From Octopus vulgaris (Eukaryota): a stretch of DNA of 64,000 nt. Position numbers and translations under genes: made by a program. Location of the stretch: positions 66,464,001-66,528,000 of the forward strand of contig OX597825.1 in NCBI GenBank assembly GCA_951406725.2, written 5' to 3'. Positions 27,546 through 41,294 of the stretch are shown here, piece by piece (positions within the stretch are counted from its first letter, which is position 1; every line of letters starts with the position of its first letter). A model generated the notes under the pieces. That model saw only the letters and a program-made list of their open reading frames with translations, was not told where the DNA came from and did no database searches.

Positions 27546-27672
27546 TATAGTGACTGGTGGCAGATAATAAATTAGCATCTTTATGAAATAACGATTGCAG
27601 TTGTAACGACCGCAATCAAAAGAAAATAGCTTTCAAAAGGTAAAGGAGAAAGAAGGTGTGTGTGTGTGTGTT

Positions 27673-27727
<55 letters not shown>

Positions 27728-28100
27728 GGGGGGAAGATAAAAAGAACGAAAACAAAGAAGAGAAAATGAGGAAGACGAAGACGGAGGAGAAAAGGAATAA
27801 GAAAATGAGATCAAAAAAACGAGGAGGAATGAATGTCTTTCGAGGTGAGATTAACTAATTAATAGCTAGAGTCGATTTTAATGTTGAATTCGTTAATTGC
27901 AAAAATGCCTTATTTAAATATGTTACTGAAATATTTGTTTGATAAGCTGTGTAATAAAAATAATAATAATAATACTGAATGCGATGGCGGCGCTGGTGTT
28001 GAAGAGAATGGACCGGAGGCGGAGGAGGGATGGTTATAGTAATGGTGATGGTGATGGTGTTGTTGTTGTTGGTGTGATGGTGATGTTGCTGGTCATGGTA

Positions 28101-28510
28101 GCTGAGCTGGCAGAAACGTTAGCACGCCGGGCGAATGCTTAGCGGTATTTCGTCTGCGTTATGTTGTGAGTTCAAATTCCGCCGAGGTCGACTTTGCCTT
28201 TCATCCTTTCGGGGTCGATTAAATAAGTACCAGTTACGCACTGGGGTCGATATAATCGACTTAATCAGTTTGTCTGTCCTTGTTTGTCCGCTCTGTGTTT
28301 AGCCCCTTGTGGGTAATAAATAAATAGGTATTTCGTCGGTTTTTATGTATTGAGTTCAAATTCCGCCGAAGTCGACTTTGCCTTTCATCCTTTCGGGGTC
28401 GATAAATTAAGTACCAGTTACGCACTGGGGTCGATGTAATCGACTTAATACCTATGTCTGTCCTTGTTTGTCCCCTCTATGTTTAGCCCCTTGTGGGTAA
28501 TAAAGAAATA
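28101..28510 (+). mobile_element. SINE family A dimer
   Basis: Flanked by GGTAGCTG (28097-28104 and 28511-28518). Confidence 0.85.
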
Positions 28511-29721
28511 GGTAGCTGTTGAGGTGGTTGTTATGATGATGAATGTACGGATGGTGATGGTGGCAGTGTCTTGATATTGTTGTCGTTGTTGTTACAGTTT
28601 AACCCTTGGTTACATCTGATTGGGCATTGCTTATGATCAAAGACATTCCACCCGTGAGCATTCCGTCATTTTCCTATGCACAAGGAACAAAGACTGCATC
28701 ATCCCACGAGTGTTTTTCCAAAGACGGTGATATGTGAATTGAAAGAGATTTGACTACTATTTTTAGCATATATAGCGACCACATTCGAGGCTTTTTCGCA
28801 TTGACTCGTGTTGACGATGTAAGCGATGTTGCTGATGGTGATGATGTTGATAGTGATGATGGTAGCGATGATAGTGGTCATAATGGTGGTGATGGTGAGG
28901 ATTATATCGCCGTGTGATGGTGGTGGTGGTGGTGGTTGTTAAGCAACAAGACGGGTAAGGGTGATTAGGTGATGGTCTAGGGCTTAGGGGTGGGAGACTC
29001 CAGACCTTGGACAAAAAAAAACTTTGGTTGTCTTGTTGTAGTCGAAGGCTCTACGTTGACACCCGACACTACTGGGAGGTAGGTGACCCTCGAAGTCGCT
29101 GGAAATGGAGATATCCAGGTCCAAATTCTTGAACGGCTGGTGGTGGTGGTGGCGGGAGAGGAGGCAGTAGTCATGGTGGTGGTAGTAGTAGTAGTAGAAA
29201 TAGTAATGGTAACGATAGTAATGATGATGGTGATGATAGCGTTGTTAGTAATGATAAAGCCAAAGAGTGATGTTGAGGATGATGAAAAGAGCAAGCACTG
29301 ATGGCCTGAGGAGGAAGGCGGGGGGCTGGTGGTGATGGAGTGGATGATGATGATGATGATGGGGCGGATGGTGGATGAAAGTGAAAAGGACGATAGTATA
29401 ATGACATCAATTAAAATGCTGCTACTGATGACGATTATGATGATAGTGATAAAGATATTATGATGATAGTATAAAGAAAACGAAAAAGAGTAATGATATT
29501 AAAGAATTTTAAATTTAATGATTATATAATAATAATGTAATGGCCAGTAATGACAAAATACATGATAATTATAATGATTGGGATTATAATTAATAGAACA
29601 AAGACCGAATCCTCTGTTTTTTTTTAGTACCAAATCCATGCTTCCAAAAACACACACACATACATATATACGAATTTACAAACGTATACTCACACATAGG
29701 CAAAGGCGTGTGTGTGTGTGC

Positions 29722-29772
<51 letters not shown>

Positions 29773-29965
29773 ACTGCATTCCTATATTCGTATGATCCAA
29801 TAAAGATAATTTATACTGTTAATTAGCTTGTAATTAATTGATCCATTAAAAAAAAGAGATGTGGAATTTTGAATTGACAGTAAAACGGGATACGCTTGAA
29901 GAGGTCACAGCGTACGGAATTGTAATGGAGACAGAATTGTTTTAAATCTTTCTGGTAGTTCCGTG

Positions 29966-30389
29966 ATACTCTCTTTCACTCTTTACTCTTTTACTTGTTT
30001 CAGTCATGTGACTGCGGCCATGCTGGAGCACCGCCTTTAGTCGAGCAAATCGACCCCGGGACTTATTCTTTGTAAGCCCAGTACTTATTCTATCGGTCTC
30101 TTTTTGCCGAACCGCTAAGTGACGGGGACGTAAGCACACCAGCATCAGTTTTCAAGCAATGCTAGGGGTACAAACACAGACACACAAACACACACACACA
30201 TATATATATATATACACATATATACGACAGGTTTCTTTCAGTTTCCGTCTACCAAATCCATTCACAAGGCATTGGTCGGCCCGGGGCTATAGCAGAAGAC
30301 ACTTGCCCAAGATGCCACGCAGTGGGACTGAACCCGGAACCATGTGGTTTGTTAGCAAGCTACTTACCACACAGCCACTCCTGCGCCTA
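29966..30389 (-). mobile_element. SINE family B, full length
   Basis: Same consensus. Confidence 0.88.
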
Positions 30390-30646
30390 TAAACGAAAGT
30401 TTTAAAACATCAAAGAGCTTCGTATCTTAATTACGCATGATGGTCTCCACGAGACCACAAAAGAACCACTACGTAATAACAGTTCAAACTGCAAGGAATG
30501 ACAAGTATATCACTCACGAATCACATCTTGGTGTTCTACCGTCTCATTTCTTAAAAATAGGGAGCATATTATGTCACACAGTCTGAATTAAAGAGTTTTT
30601 AAAAGACAGGAGTTCATTTACAAGTCTACTCGGCGAGAACTGATCG

Positions 30647-30879
30647 TACTCTTTTACTCTTTTACTTGTTTCAGTCATTTGACTGCGGCCATGCTGGAGC
30701 ACCGCCTTTTAATCGAGCAACTTGACCCCAGGACTTATTCTTTTTGTAAGCCCAGTACTTATTCTATCGGTCTATTTTGCCGAACCGCTAAGTAACGGGG
30801 ACATAAACACACCAGCATCGGTTGTCAAGCAATGCTAGGGGGACAAACATAGACACACACATACACGCACACACACACA

Positions 30880-30952
<73 letters not shown>

Positions 30953-31024
30953 GACGAGCTTCTTTCAGTTTCAGTCTACCAAATCCACTCACAAGGCTTT
31001 GGTCGGTCCGAGGCTATAGTAGAA
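30647..31024 (-). mobile_element. SINE family B, 5'-truncated
   Basis: Same consensus. Confidence 0.85.
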
Positions 31025-31074
31025 ATTTGAGGCCTTGTGCTTCCAGTAAAAAGATTATTATTACTATTATTATT

Positions 31075-32140
31075 GAGTGAGAGAGCAGTGCATGCCATCA
31101 AAGTGACACTGGGGTAAAATATACGAAGCGCAGTATACCCATCCTGACTACCCGTCTGATAAGGGTATACTAGGCACATGCATCACAACCATATGTGCGC
31201 GACATGGTGATCTCATATCAAGATAAACAGCACATGACCTTGCAGGTGGGGCCCAGTTAGAATTTTGTTCTGGTCGAGTAGCCCATTCCGCTCAAAAGGT
31301 CCCTGAATAAGGGTTGTTTAAGGATGTTGAACGAAACACCCCTGTTTCCAAAGGTGAATTATTCAAACCCCAAAGAATCCCTCTCAACACATGGCTATGA
31401 TGCTCCCCCACTACTTCTGCTCGTGATCAGAGATGTGCATATCGTCAGCCACTAAGGGACATGGTCAACTGGTTAAGGTCAAACAACTGACAAGAAAATA
31501 TGTGGTATTGAGCAGAATATTTGCTGTAGCCCATCTTTTATACCAAGACAAAACAATGTACATAATAACACTTCCAATCAGCGATGAAAAACCATGAAAG
31601 CCACGCAATGCATGCAATCAAAGTGACACCAGGGTACAAATATGCAAACCCCAATATACGCATCATGACTATCCGTCTGATAAGGGTACACCAGGCGCTT
31701 GCATTACAACCATATGTGCGCGACACGATGATCTCATATTAAGATAAACACCTTGCAGGTGGGGCCCCAAGTAGGATTTTTTTTCAGGCCGATTAGCCTA
31801 TCCTGCTATAAAGGTCTCTGAATAAGGGTTATTTCAGGATGATGAATAAAACAACCATGTTTCCAGAGGTGAATTATTCAAACTCCAAAGAATTCCTCTC
31901 AACACATGGCTATGTGCTCTCCCATTACTACTGCTCGTGATTAGAGATGCACATATCGTCAGTCACTAAGAAACATGCTCAACTGGTTATAGTCAAGCAA
32001 TTACAAGCCAATCTGTGGTGTTGAGCAGAATATTTGCTGTAATCCATCATTTATACCAAGGCAAATTATGCACATGATAACACTTCTAATCAGTTAAGAT
32101 CAGAAGCCACAAGAGCCACTGCCTGGTACTGCATCGGGGC

Positions 32141-32142
<2 letters not shown>
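31075..32142 (-). mobile_element. Two tandem copies of a ~550-bp non-coding element inserted in (TAA)n (family F; Dong/R4-like targeting)
   Basis: 31075-31600 and a more diverged 31605-32142; both outer ends abut (TTA)n; one terminus is ...GCACTGCTCTCTCACTC(AAT)n. Confidence 0.8.
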
Positions 32143-32192
<50 letters not shown>

Positions 32193-32262
32193 AATATTAT
32201 TATTATTAATATTATTATTGTTATTATCATCATCATTATCATCATCGTCATCATCCTCATCG

Positions 32263-32298
<36 letters not shown>

Positions 32299-32507
32299 AC
32301 ACTGTCCTATCTCTTAATACTCGTCTTTTGGACTTGATTGTATTACATTCTTGGCCATAGCATCTCTGCTAATTCTTTCTCTGTGCATTTTGTGTGACTC
32401 AAGTTACGCCTCGAAGTGGGAAAAATGGTTTTTATTTTCAAGAATATGAAGAAAAATTCGAAAAAAAAGAAAGTAGAGAAAAAGAGTGAGTGAGAGTATA
32501 TATGTAT

Positions 32508-32565
<58 letters not shown>

Positions 32566-32859
32566 AAGAGAAAGACAAGGGAGAAACAAAAGAAAAACAA
32601 GCATAAAATCCAGATATGTCAAACACCTAAAGCAAACGGTAGTTTCCATTTACTAAACTAAATTAATATGTCAGGCCTTGAAATATCCCTTATATTATTC
32701 CTTTCATGTGATGCAACAAAACACCCTAAACGATCAGTGTTTCTGGTAATTACAAGCCAGTAGCTGTGGAAATCATAAGGTTCTCGTTTAAAGCGTGTAT
32801 TAGGGATATTTCAATGAAGGAGCCATGTTCCACTCCTGTAAATGCCTAATTCGATACAG

Positions 32860-33225
32860 TATGGCCATGAATGGTGGGTAATGACCGAATGAATACGATC
32901 GTAAATACAATAGCTGGATCCTTCAAAGGATCGACAGGGTGCGTAACTCGGAGATCAGGGAGTCTCTCCAGGTCGAGCCGCTACCACTACGCACTGAGAG
33001 ATCACAACCCCAGTAATACGGACTTGTCATTAGTATGCCCTACAAGATGGATCCTTCAAGCCGAGCCAACTGGAAGGAGACCTAGGGGTAGTCAGAGAAG
33101 AGATGGTTGGGTTATATCCATAGTCTTGGTTGGTCGCGCTTGGGAATCCAGTCGGTAAGTCAGGTAATGGTTGTTTTTAATATGACCCTACAACCCACCC
33201 AGGAACAATGGCCGAAAGATGGTTG
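32860..33225 (+). mobile_element. RTE-clade LINE 3' fragment
   Basis: YGHEWWVMTE..DRVRNSEIRESLQVEPL..ERSQ..WILQAEPTGRRPRG..RWLGYI, the typical RTE/Rex3 C-terminus. Confidence 0.8.
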
Positions 33226-33424
33226 TGGAAACGTTTCTCAGCGTAGATTCTACCACTCCGTTATTTTGCATTATTTGCTCTGGTTTTTTAAGTTCTGGGT
33301 TCACATTACGTTGATGTCAATTTGCCTTTTATCCTTTCAGAGGCTGACAAAATAAAGAACCAGGCAAATAGCTGGTTTTTGTACCTAAATCAGAAAATAT
33401 AATTTTATGGTATTTGTTCAGTTC

Positions 33425-33554
33425 ATCTGTTTCAGTCATTAGATTGCGCTATTTATTCTATCGGTCACTTTTTGCCGAAACGCTAAGTTACGGGCATGTA
33501 ATCCAGTCAGTACCAGCTGTTAAGCAGAGGTGATGAGACACACACAGGTACAAA

Positions 33555-33617
<63 letters not shown>

Positions 33618-33790
33618 ATACACACTCACATACGACGAGCTTCTTTCAGTTTCCATCTATCAAATCCACTCAGAAAGTTTTGGTTGGCCCTTGGCTATCA
33701 TAGAAGTCACTTGCCCAAAGAGCCACAAAGTGCGACCGAACCTGGAACCATGTAGTTGTGAAGCAAGCCTCTTACCACACAGCCACGCCT
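33425..33790 (-). mobile_element. SINE family B, diverged
   Basis: Same consensus with (CA)n expansion. Confidence 0.75.
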
Positions 33791-33982
33791 GTTTCTTTAC
33801 ATTCTGGGTTCAAATCCTGCTAAAATTAACTTTGCATTTATCCTTTCAAGGGCGATAAACTACCGATCAGTTATTGGAATCTATTGAACCCTTCTCATAA
33901 ACAATAATTTCATTGTCACTAAGTACCAGCTGTTTTTAGTCTCAGTTCATCCTTGATCCAGCCGTGAACACCACGTCTTTAA

Positions 33983-34042
<60 letters not shown>

Positions 34043-34044
34043 GG

Positions 34045-34320
34045 TGGAGGCACATGGCCTAGTGGTTAGAGAAGCGAACTCGCGGTCGAGGGATCTCAGA
34101 CCGGGCAATGTGTGTGTTTATGCGCGAAACACCTAAGCTCCACGCGGCTCCAGTAGAAGGTAATGGCGAATTTCTGCTGACTCTTTCGCCACAAATTTCT
34201 CTCACTCTTTCCTCTGCATCTAGCAGCTCACTTGCGACCCGTCCAGGTGGGGAACATATACGCCAAGGAAACCGGGAAAACCGGCCCTTACGAGCCAGGC
34301 GTGGATCGAGAAGGAACAAA
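34045..34320 (+). mobile_element. SINE family C variant
   Basis: Similar head and body; a deleted sibling lies at 24192-24330. Confidence 0.8.
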
Positions 34321-37209
34321 CAATATATAAAAAGAGTGTATCTATTGTCTCATTTCTATTGCGTTATACAATGCATGTGATTTGATTGAAATTAAGTTAT
34401 TATTTCCAGCAGGTCTAGTAAGAATGTAGAGAACTTTTGTTGGTTTCTTCGAATGACGTTAATGTAATATCTGAATGAGATCACTTTCATTGACTTTCAT
34501 TCGGAATTGAAGCCAAGACAACAACTTAACACGTCTGGATTATACTTCTGGTAGTACGACGCTCGTTCATGGTCGAACAGTTGTGATTATACACAGGAAA
34601 ATCGACTGTCAGGTAGATATAACTAAATATATGAAGGAAAAAAGAAAGACAAAACAAAACAGGAAAGAGAACAAATAATATAACTATATACTCTTAGTGA
34701 AAACTTCGTTGCTATGGTTGAAACAATTTCACAAACACTAAAACGAACATATTAGCTTTATGTCTCGGTGTTTTTATTTTTATTTTTGTATGTCTTTTTA
34801 TTTTTATTTTTGTATCGTTTTGTTTTCAGAAGAAAAATGTTCGACTCAAGTATTTCCTCAATTAGAAGAAACATCTTTTGTTCAAAATTTCATTTATGAC
34901 AATTATTTTTGTTACACGGCAAAATAACAACAATAAAAAAATAATAATAACGATAACAACCAGTATAATAGCTTTATAGTTGATTTCATTAATTAAATTT
35001 TATATTTATTTATTTTTATTTTATTTTTCATTTATTTTTCTCTACTTTTTTTTTTTTTACTGATTGAAACCCACAGTTTGTCAGAGGTTTCGTTTTTATC
35101 ATTTGTCTGTTGTCTTGAAGATTGTACGGCATTAACGAGAACATGTATTAACAAAACAACAACAACAACAAAAACAATATAATATAACAAGCAAGATCTT
35201 AAAAAAGGACGAAATCCGGAAGTTTGGCATTTATTTTGAAAGCATTGTACACACTGGATTTCTAAATTTTTATTCAACGGTTTGTAAACAAACAAATGTT
35301 TAACAAGCTACTCGAAGACTTTATTCTGTTTGAGATGCAGTGACCATAACTACGGAGTGCAATACATGTTCGTATAAAAATAACACAGTCACTATACAAA
35401 TATGAGCAGTATAAGCATGTGACCTAACCAGTGAAAAAAAATCTGATATTTGTTTCGGACCTTCAGGTTCATCAGAGCGATGCTTTTCTCGTTTTCCTAA
35501 ACGTAAAGTAACTGAAAGTCCACAACTTCCTCCTGGATGGAACGTCATTCATTACTCTGTTGTGAAGCTAACCCGCTGATCTTACTGGTATTTATTTTCA
35601 GCTGAGTTGTGTGAAGCAGCATAAAATAAAGTGCTTTGTTTAATTTTACGACGCACTACCCTGTCCAAGAACTGAATCCACATCCTGACAATCACGAGTT
35701 CAAAGCTCTAACCATTAGACCAATTTAACCTGTACATAAGCGTAATCAATATATCAATCAATGTATAAGGTGACGATCTGGCCGGAATCGTTAGCACGCC
35801 GGGTAAATTGCTTAGCGACATTTCGTTCGCCTTAACGTTCTGAGTTCAAATTCCGCCGGAGTCGACTTCGTATTTCATTCTTTTGTGGGTGATGGAGGAA
35901 AAGGTATACTATGATTTCTGCATAGGGCACGAGGTCAGCAATTTTGACGGAAGAAAATTAGTCGATTTGCTAGACCACAGTATTTGCCGGTATTTTATTT
36001 TGTCAGCACCCGAGAGGATGAAAGGCAAATTGACATCAACGTAATGTGAACCCAAAACCTAAAATTCAAAACTTGACACTGTGGTCGATATAATCGATTT
36101 ATCCTCTCTCTCGAAATTGCGAGCCTTGAGCCAAAATTTGAAATCAATATATCAAAGAAAGTACTAATGATATTAATTCCTTACCGTTTCTGCGAATAAT
36201 AAAGACTGAATTTCTTTGGGGAAGTACGATGAGAATGTTTTACAATCACACAATGTCAACAGCAAAAACCATCTCATTATCTTATTGAAAAAGTGACTCA
36301 CAGCCACCCAAGTCGATAGCAGTTTAGAATGCTAGCAGAATGGCCTACGGCTCGTATCCTAGCTACGGTTCAACAATGTCTTAGTAGCTCAACAACGTTT
36401 AGCAGCTCAACAGCGACTTTATTAACAAGTCATTTCACTGTTGATATCAAAGAACATTTAAATTTAAGCGAGGAACGATTGAAGGATATGCAGTCGCTGT
36501 AAAGAGCAATATCCCCGTAAACATATTAGGTGTTTTATTGGTTTACGCAGTTAAATTAAAGCTCGTTTTAGAAGCTCAGATCGAAGCAATGTTAATGCCG
36601 CTAGGTCGTGTGAATTCCTAATAAAAACTGTAAGCCGCAAATTTTGGAAATACGTTTGTGTCGGCAGATTGTATGAATAAACATTCTGCGATGGACAGCG
36701 ACAGTCAGAGGACTATTGCTGCAATACGAGAAATCATTATCGGTGTTAACTCTTAAATATTGTATAAAGGTAGGCCACGGTTGTTGACAATATGTCTTAC
36801 GCGTGATTTGACTCAAACATCTTGAGTTATTATCAGTAACGATAGATGAAATAGAATGTCGGTTGAAACAGGAATAAAAGGCAGAATAGTGATATATCGA
36901 ACTAGATAATATAAATCATCCGGTTCAAGAAGAAAGAGAGAGAGAGAGAGAGAGAGAGTTTCACGGCTGGTATGTATTTTCAGCTGATTAGACTGAAAAT
37001 GTGAAAATGAAGTGTCTTGTTTAAGGACTCTCGACGCACTGCCTTGTCAAGGAATTGAACCCTCAACATCCAGACCAGCATTATACACTCTTCAATACAA
37101 CTTACACTTGTGAGAAACAGTTTACTTAAATAAAACATTCTTAGTTTTGGAGGAAGAAAGCAAATGGGAGTATAATTCGTACATGACTCACATATACACA
37201 CATACGCGC

Positions 37210-38050
37210 GACTTTGCCTTTCATCCTTTCGGGGTCGATAAATTAAGTACCAGTCACCCACTGGGGTCGATGTAATCGACTTAATTCCTTTGTCTGTCAT
37301 TGTTTGTCCCCTCTATGTTTAGCCCCTTGCGGGCAATAAAGAAATAAGAAGCGTTAGCATGCCTGGCGATATGCTTAGCAGTATTTCGGCTGTCTTTATG
37401 TTCTGAGTTAAAATTAGAAGGTCGACTTTGCCTTTCATCGATTCGGGGTCGATTAAATAAGTACCAGTTACGCACCGGGGTCGATGTAATCGACTTAATC
37501 CGTTTGTCTGTCCTTGTTTGTCCCCGCTGTGTGTAGCCTCTTGTGGGCAGTAAATAAATAAGAAACGTTTGCTCGCCGGGCGAAATGCTTAGCGATATTT
37601 TGTCTGTCGTTACGTTTTGAGTTCAAATTCCGCCGAGGTCGACTTTGCCTTTTATCCTTTCGGGGTCGATAAATTAAGTACCAGTTATGCACTGGGGTCA
37701 ATGTAATTGACTTAATACCTATGTCTGTCCTTGTTTGTCCCCTCTATGTTTAGCCCCTTGTGGGTAGTAAAGAAATAGGTATTTCGTCGGTTTTTATGTA
37801 TTGAGTTCAAATTCCACCGAGGTCGACTTTGTTTTACAGTAAAGTGGCGAGCTAGCTGATCCGTTAAGCTCGCCAATCAAAATGCTTAAAGGCATTTGTT
37901 TGTCTTTACGTTCTGAGTTCAAATCCCGCTGATGTTGACTTTTCATTCCATCCTTTCGAGGTCGATAAATAAATAACCGGTTGAAGAAATGGATCGATTT
38001 AATCGACTTAGCTTCTTCCCTAAAACCACTGGCTTTGTGCCAAAAGTTGA
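37210..38050 (+). mobile_element. SINE family A array
   Basis: Junctions tail|AGAA(A/G)CGTT and tail|GGTATTTCG. Confidence 0.85.
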
Positions 38051-38319
38051 ACCCAATATTACCCGGTCGTTGGGTGCATTTAGTGATTCCATTTTGTTGC
38101 AGGCATTCGTACCAAGTCTGAAGAAAACTTCTTCATTTAACACATTTTAGGAGCAATGCATAACAGGGCCGTTACAATACTTTTTTTGTTTAAACTATAG
38201 AATAATCTCGAAACTAACAGCAAAATGAAGCTACAACTGTTAAATCCAACATGGATTCATTGTGAATATTTCATTATTAAATGGAATAAATATATCATTT
38301 TATGTATCTACGTCATTCC

Positions 38320-38383
<64 letters not shown>

Positions 38384-38396
38384 CCATGTCCCCGTC

Positions 38397-38427
<31 letters not shown>

Positions 38428-38704
38428 CGTATAATGAGGCCGCTTTCTGGCATTTTTATAGTAAGAAGTAAAAAAAAAATACAAAAAAAGCTGCCATTCT
38501 ATTGTCCAAAGTCGACCTATAATTGTGATTGAAATTGGGTTGACAAAAACTGTACAGAAACCCTTTGAATGGATTGTACTTGTAAATTAAAGGGTCAGCC
38601 TTGTCTAAAATCAGTGCGGTGGGGATTTTGTCTCAGAATTCCATTAATGCTTAAACATATAAAATTGTTTTTTTTACAATTTACTACTGCACTACAAATA
38701 TTCA

Positions 38705-39530
38705 ATATTGGTTTTAAATTTTGGCACAAAGCCAGAAATTTTTGGGGAATGGGTAAATGTATTACATCAACCCAAGGATGAAAGGCTAAGTCTACCTCGG
38801 CGGCATTTTAACTCAGAACGTTAAGATGGAGGAATTGCCGCTAAGCATGATGGCGAGCTAACGATTGTACCAGTTCGCCGTCCTACAAATATTCAATATT
38901 GGTATTAAATTGTGGCATAAAGCAGGTCATTTTGGGGTTAGGGGGTAAAACTATTACATCGACTCCTGTGCTCAACTGGTACCTAATTTATCTATCCCGA
39001 AAAGATGAAAGGCAAAGTCGACCTCGGCGGAATTTAAACTCAGCAAGTAAAGACGAGTGAAATACCTATTTCTTTACTAAACACAGAGAGGACAAATAAG
39101 GACAGACAAACGGATTAAGTCGATTATATCGACCCCAGTGCGTAACTGGTACTTATTTAATCGACCCCGAAAGGATGAAAGGCAAAGTCGACCATGGCGG
39201 AATTTGAACTCAGAACGTAGCGGCAGACGAAATACCTATTTCTTTATTACCCACAAGGGGCTAAACACAGAGGGGACAAACAAGGACAGACAAATGGATT
39301 AAGCCAATTACATCGACCCCAGTGCGTAACTGGTACTTATTTAATCGACCCCGAAACGATGAAAGGCAAAGTCGACCTCGGCGGAATTTGAACTCAGAAC
39401 GTAGCGGCAGACGAAATACCGCTAAGCATTTCGCCCGGCGTGCTAACGTTTCTGCCAGCTCGCCACCTTAGTGAAATACCGCTAAGTATTTTGCCTGGCA
39501 GGTTCATGGTTTTGTCAGCTCGCCGCCTCA
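38705..39530 (-). mobile_element. Family A dimer inserted into an older family A copy, plus adjacent old copies
   Basis: TSD AGTGAAATACC at 39056-39066 and 39470-39480. Confidence 0.85.
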
Positions 39531-39804
39531 CAAATATTCAATATCAATTACATTTATTTATCTTTGAAGTAACAAGGAACTAGCCTCCTTACAGTCTGTA
39601 CATCGTTTTAACCGAATCTTCTACGTGGAAACTTCTAGCCATCATCAACGTAACCAACGTAATAGAATTAAGATATCAAAGATAATGAAATATGCCATAT
39701 TCTGATATACAATGTGATATAATAAATATGTATACACATCATGAAAATTGCTTCAGCGCATGTAAAAGCTATTTTATTTGATAAAATCTATCATTATTTA
39801 TTGC

Positions 39805-40390
39805 TATATTTAGGGACGGTCATTTTGCCAATAAAACATACGCACTGTTTATTTGATCTCCACTTTAGTTTTATTTTTTAATTAATTTATTTGTCAGAGT
39901 TCTTCCGTCGTACATTCTGTGACCTCTTAAATGACTGAGGTGACACGGAAAACAGACTGTCATTGAAGAGGTCACAGAATATATGATGAAAGAACTCTGA
40001 CAAATAATAATAGTAATAATAATTAATAATAATAATAAACATGGGTCGTTCGTTCAACATCCTTAAACAATCCTTATTCAGGGATTTGAGTGGGATGGGC
40101 TACTCGATCTAAAAAAAATTATAACTGGGCCCCACCCGCAAGGTCATGCGCTGTTTATCTTGATATGAGATCACCATGTCGCGCACATATTATTGTGATG
40201 CATGTGCCTAGTGTACCCTTAACAGACGGGTAGTCAGGATGGGTATACTGGGCTTCGTATATTTTACCCCAGTGTCACTTTGATGGCATGCACTGCTCTC
40301 TCACTCAATAATAATAATAATAAAAGCGAAGCTCAAATAAATAATGCGTGTGTTTATTGGCAAAATGACCGTCCCAAAGTATACCAATAT
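39805..40390. mobile_element. Inverted Penelope-like pseudo-LTR pair interrupted by a (TAA)n-targeting element
   Basis: 39890-39935 inverts 39958-40003 (gtca-TTGAAGA-ggtca..gaaa..tc-tgac, degenerate hammerhead); 39808-39865 inverts 40325-40385. Confidence 0.6.
40041..40306 (+). mobile_element. Family F truncated copy in (TAA)n
   Basis: Ends ...ctctctcactcaataataataa, preceded by (AAT)n. Confidence 0.8.
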
Positions 40391-41294
40391 ATGTTTCAAC
40401 GCCTGACTTCACATCAAGAATCTTGCAAAGGAAATACAGAAATGTAATTATAATCATTTAAAAGAATGAAAGGCAGTGAGCTGACAGAATCGTTAGCGAG
40501 TCGGACAAAAGCTTAGCGGCATTCCTCCGACTCATTACATTCTAAGTTCAAATACCGGCAAGGTCAACTTTGCCTTTCATCTTTTCGGGGGTTGATGAAA
40601 CAAAGTGCGACTAATGCACCAGGTCGATATAGTCGACACCCTCGGTCCTCCCAAATTTCTGGTTTTTATGATCGGTGGATTGGCAAAATCATTAGATCGT
40701 CGGTACGAAACGGCTTGTGGTATTTGTCCAACTCTTTACTATCTGAGTTCGAATCTCGGCGAGGCTAACTTTGCTTTCATCTTTTTCGAGATCAATAAAA
40801 TAAGTACTAGTTTTGTACTGGGATGGATGTAAACCATTTCCCATCATCCTATGAGAATTTTGGCCTCGTGCCAAAATTAGAAAGAAGAGTAATGATAGAA
40901 TTTGATGTGAATTTTTAACAAAGGTTGTAAGCTGCAAATTTTGGAAATACATAGAGTCGAGCAAATGGATTTTAATACGCAAGTTGTACGTAAAATTTTA
41001 TCGCTTCCTAAATAATAAAAGGAAAGTTTAGTGTAGAATGTTAAGGAATGTGTTTAAATAAGACTGAAATCTTGGCCAATTGACTACCACCGTGTTTACT
41101 TTGGTACTCTGAGTTAAAGTTTATCACTAAACCTTATACTAATATGTTGGACTCAAAGTTTTAAAATGTTTTCTTCCAACTCCCCCTCCCCTCCCCCTCT
41201 CTCTCACACACACATACACATACATGCTCACACACTTTTCCTCTGCAAATGGAAATTTTTATCCTGCAGCTAATAATGATATTGGCTAAAAAAT

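Noticed and set aside
27170-27578. Poly-Ser/poly-Val ORFs
   Set aside because: Trinucleotide microsatellite without splice signals or unique coding content.
32325-32450. Signal-peptide-like plus-strand reading ITFLAIASLLILSLCILCDSSYAS
   Set aside because: No in-frame ATG after the upstream stop and no donor; likely chance.
34525-34625. Polypyrimidine-AG acceptor-like site on the minus strand inside SCP intron 1
   Set aside because: Phase-0 reading hits a stop after 11 codons and there is no good donor.
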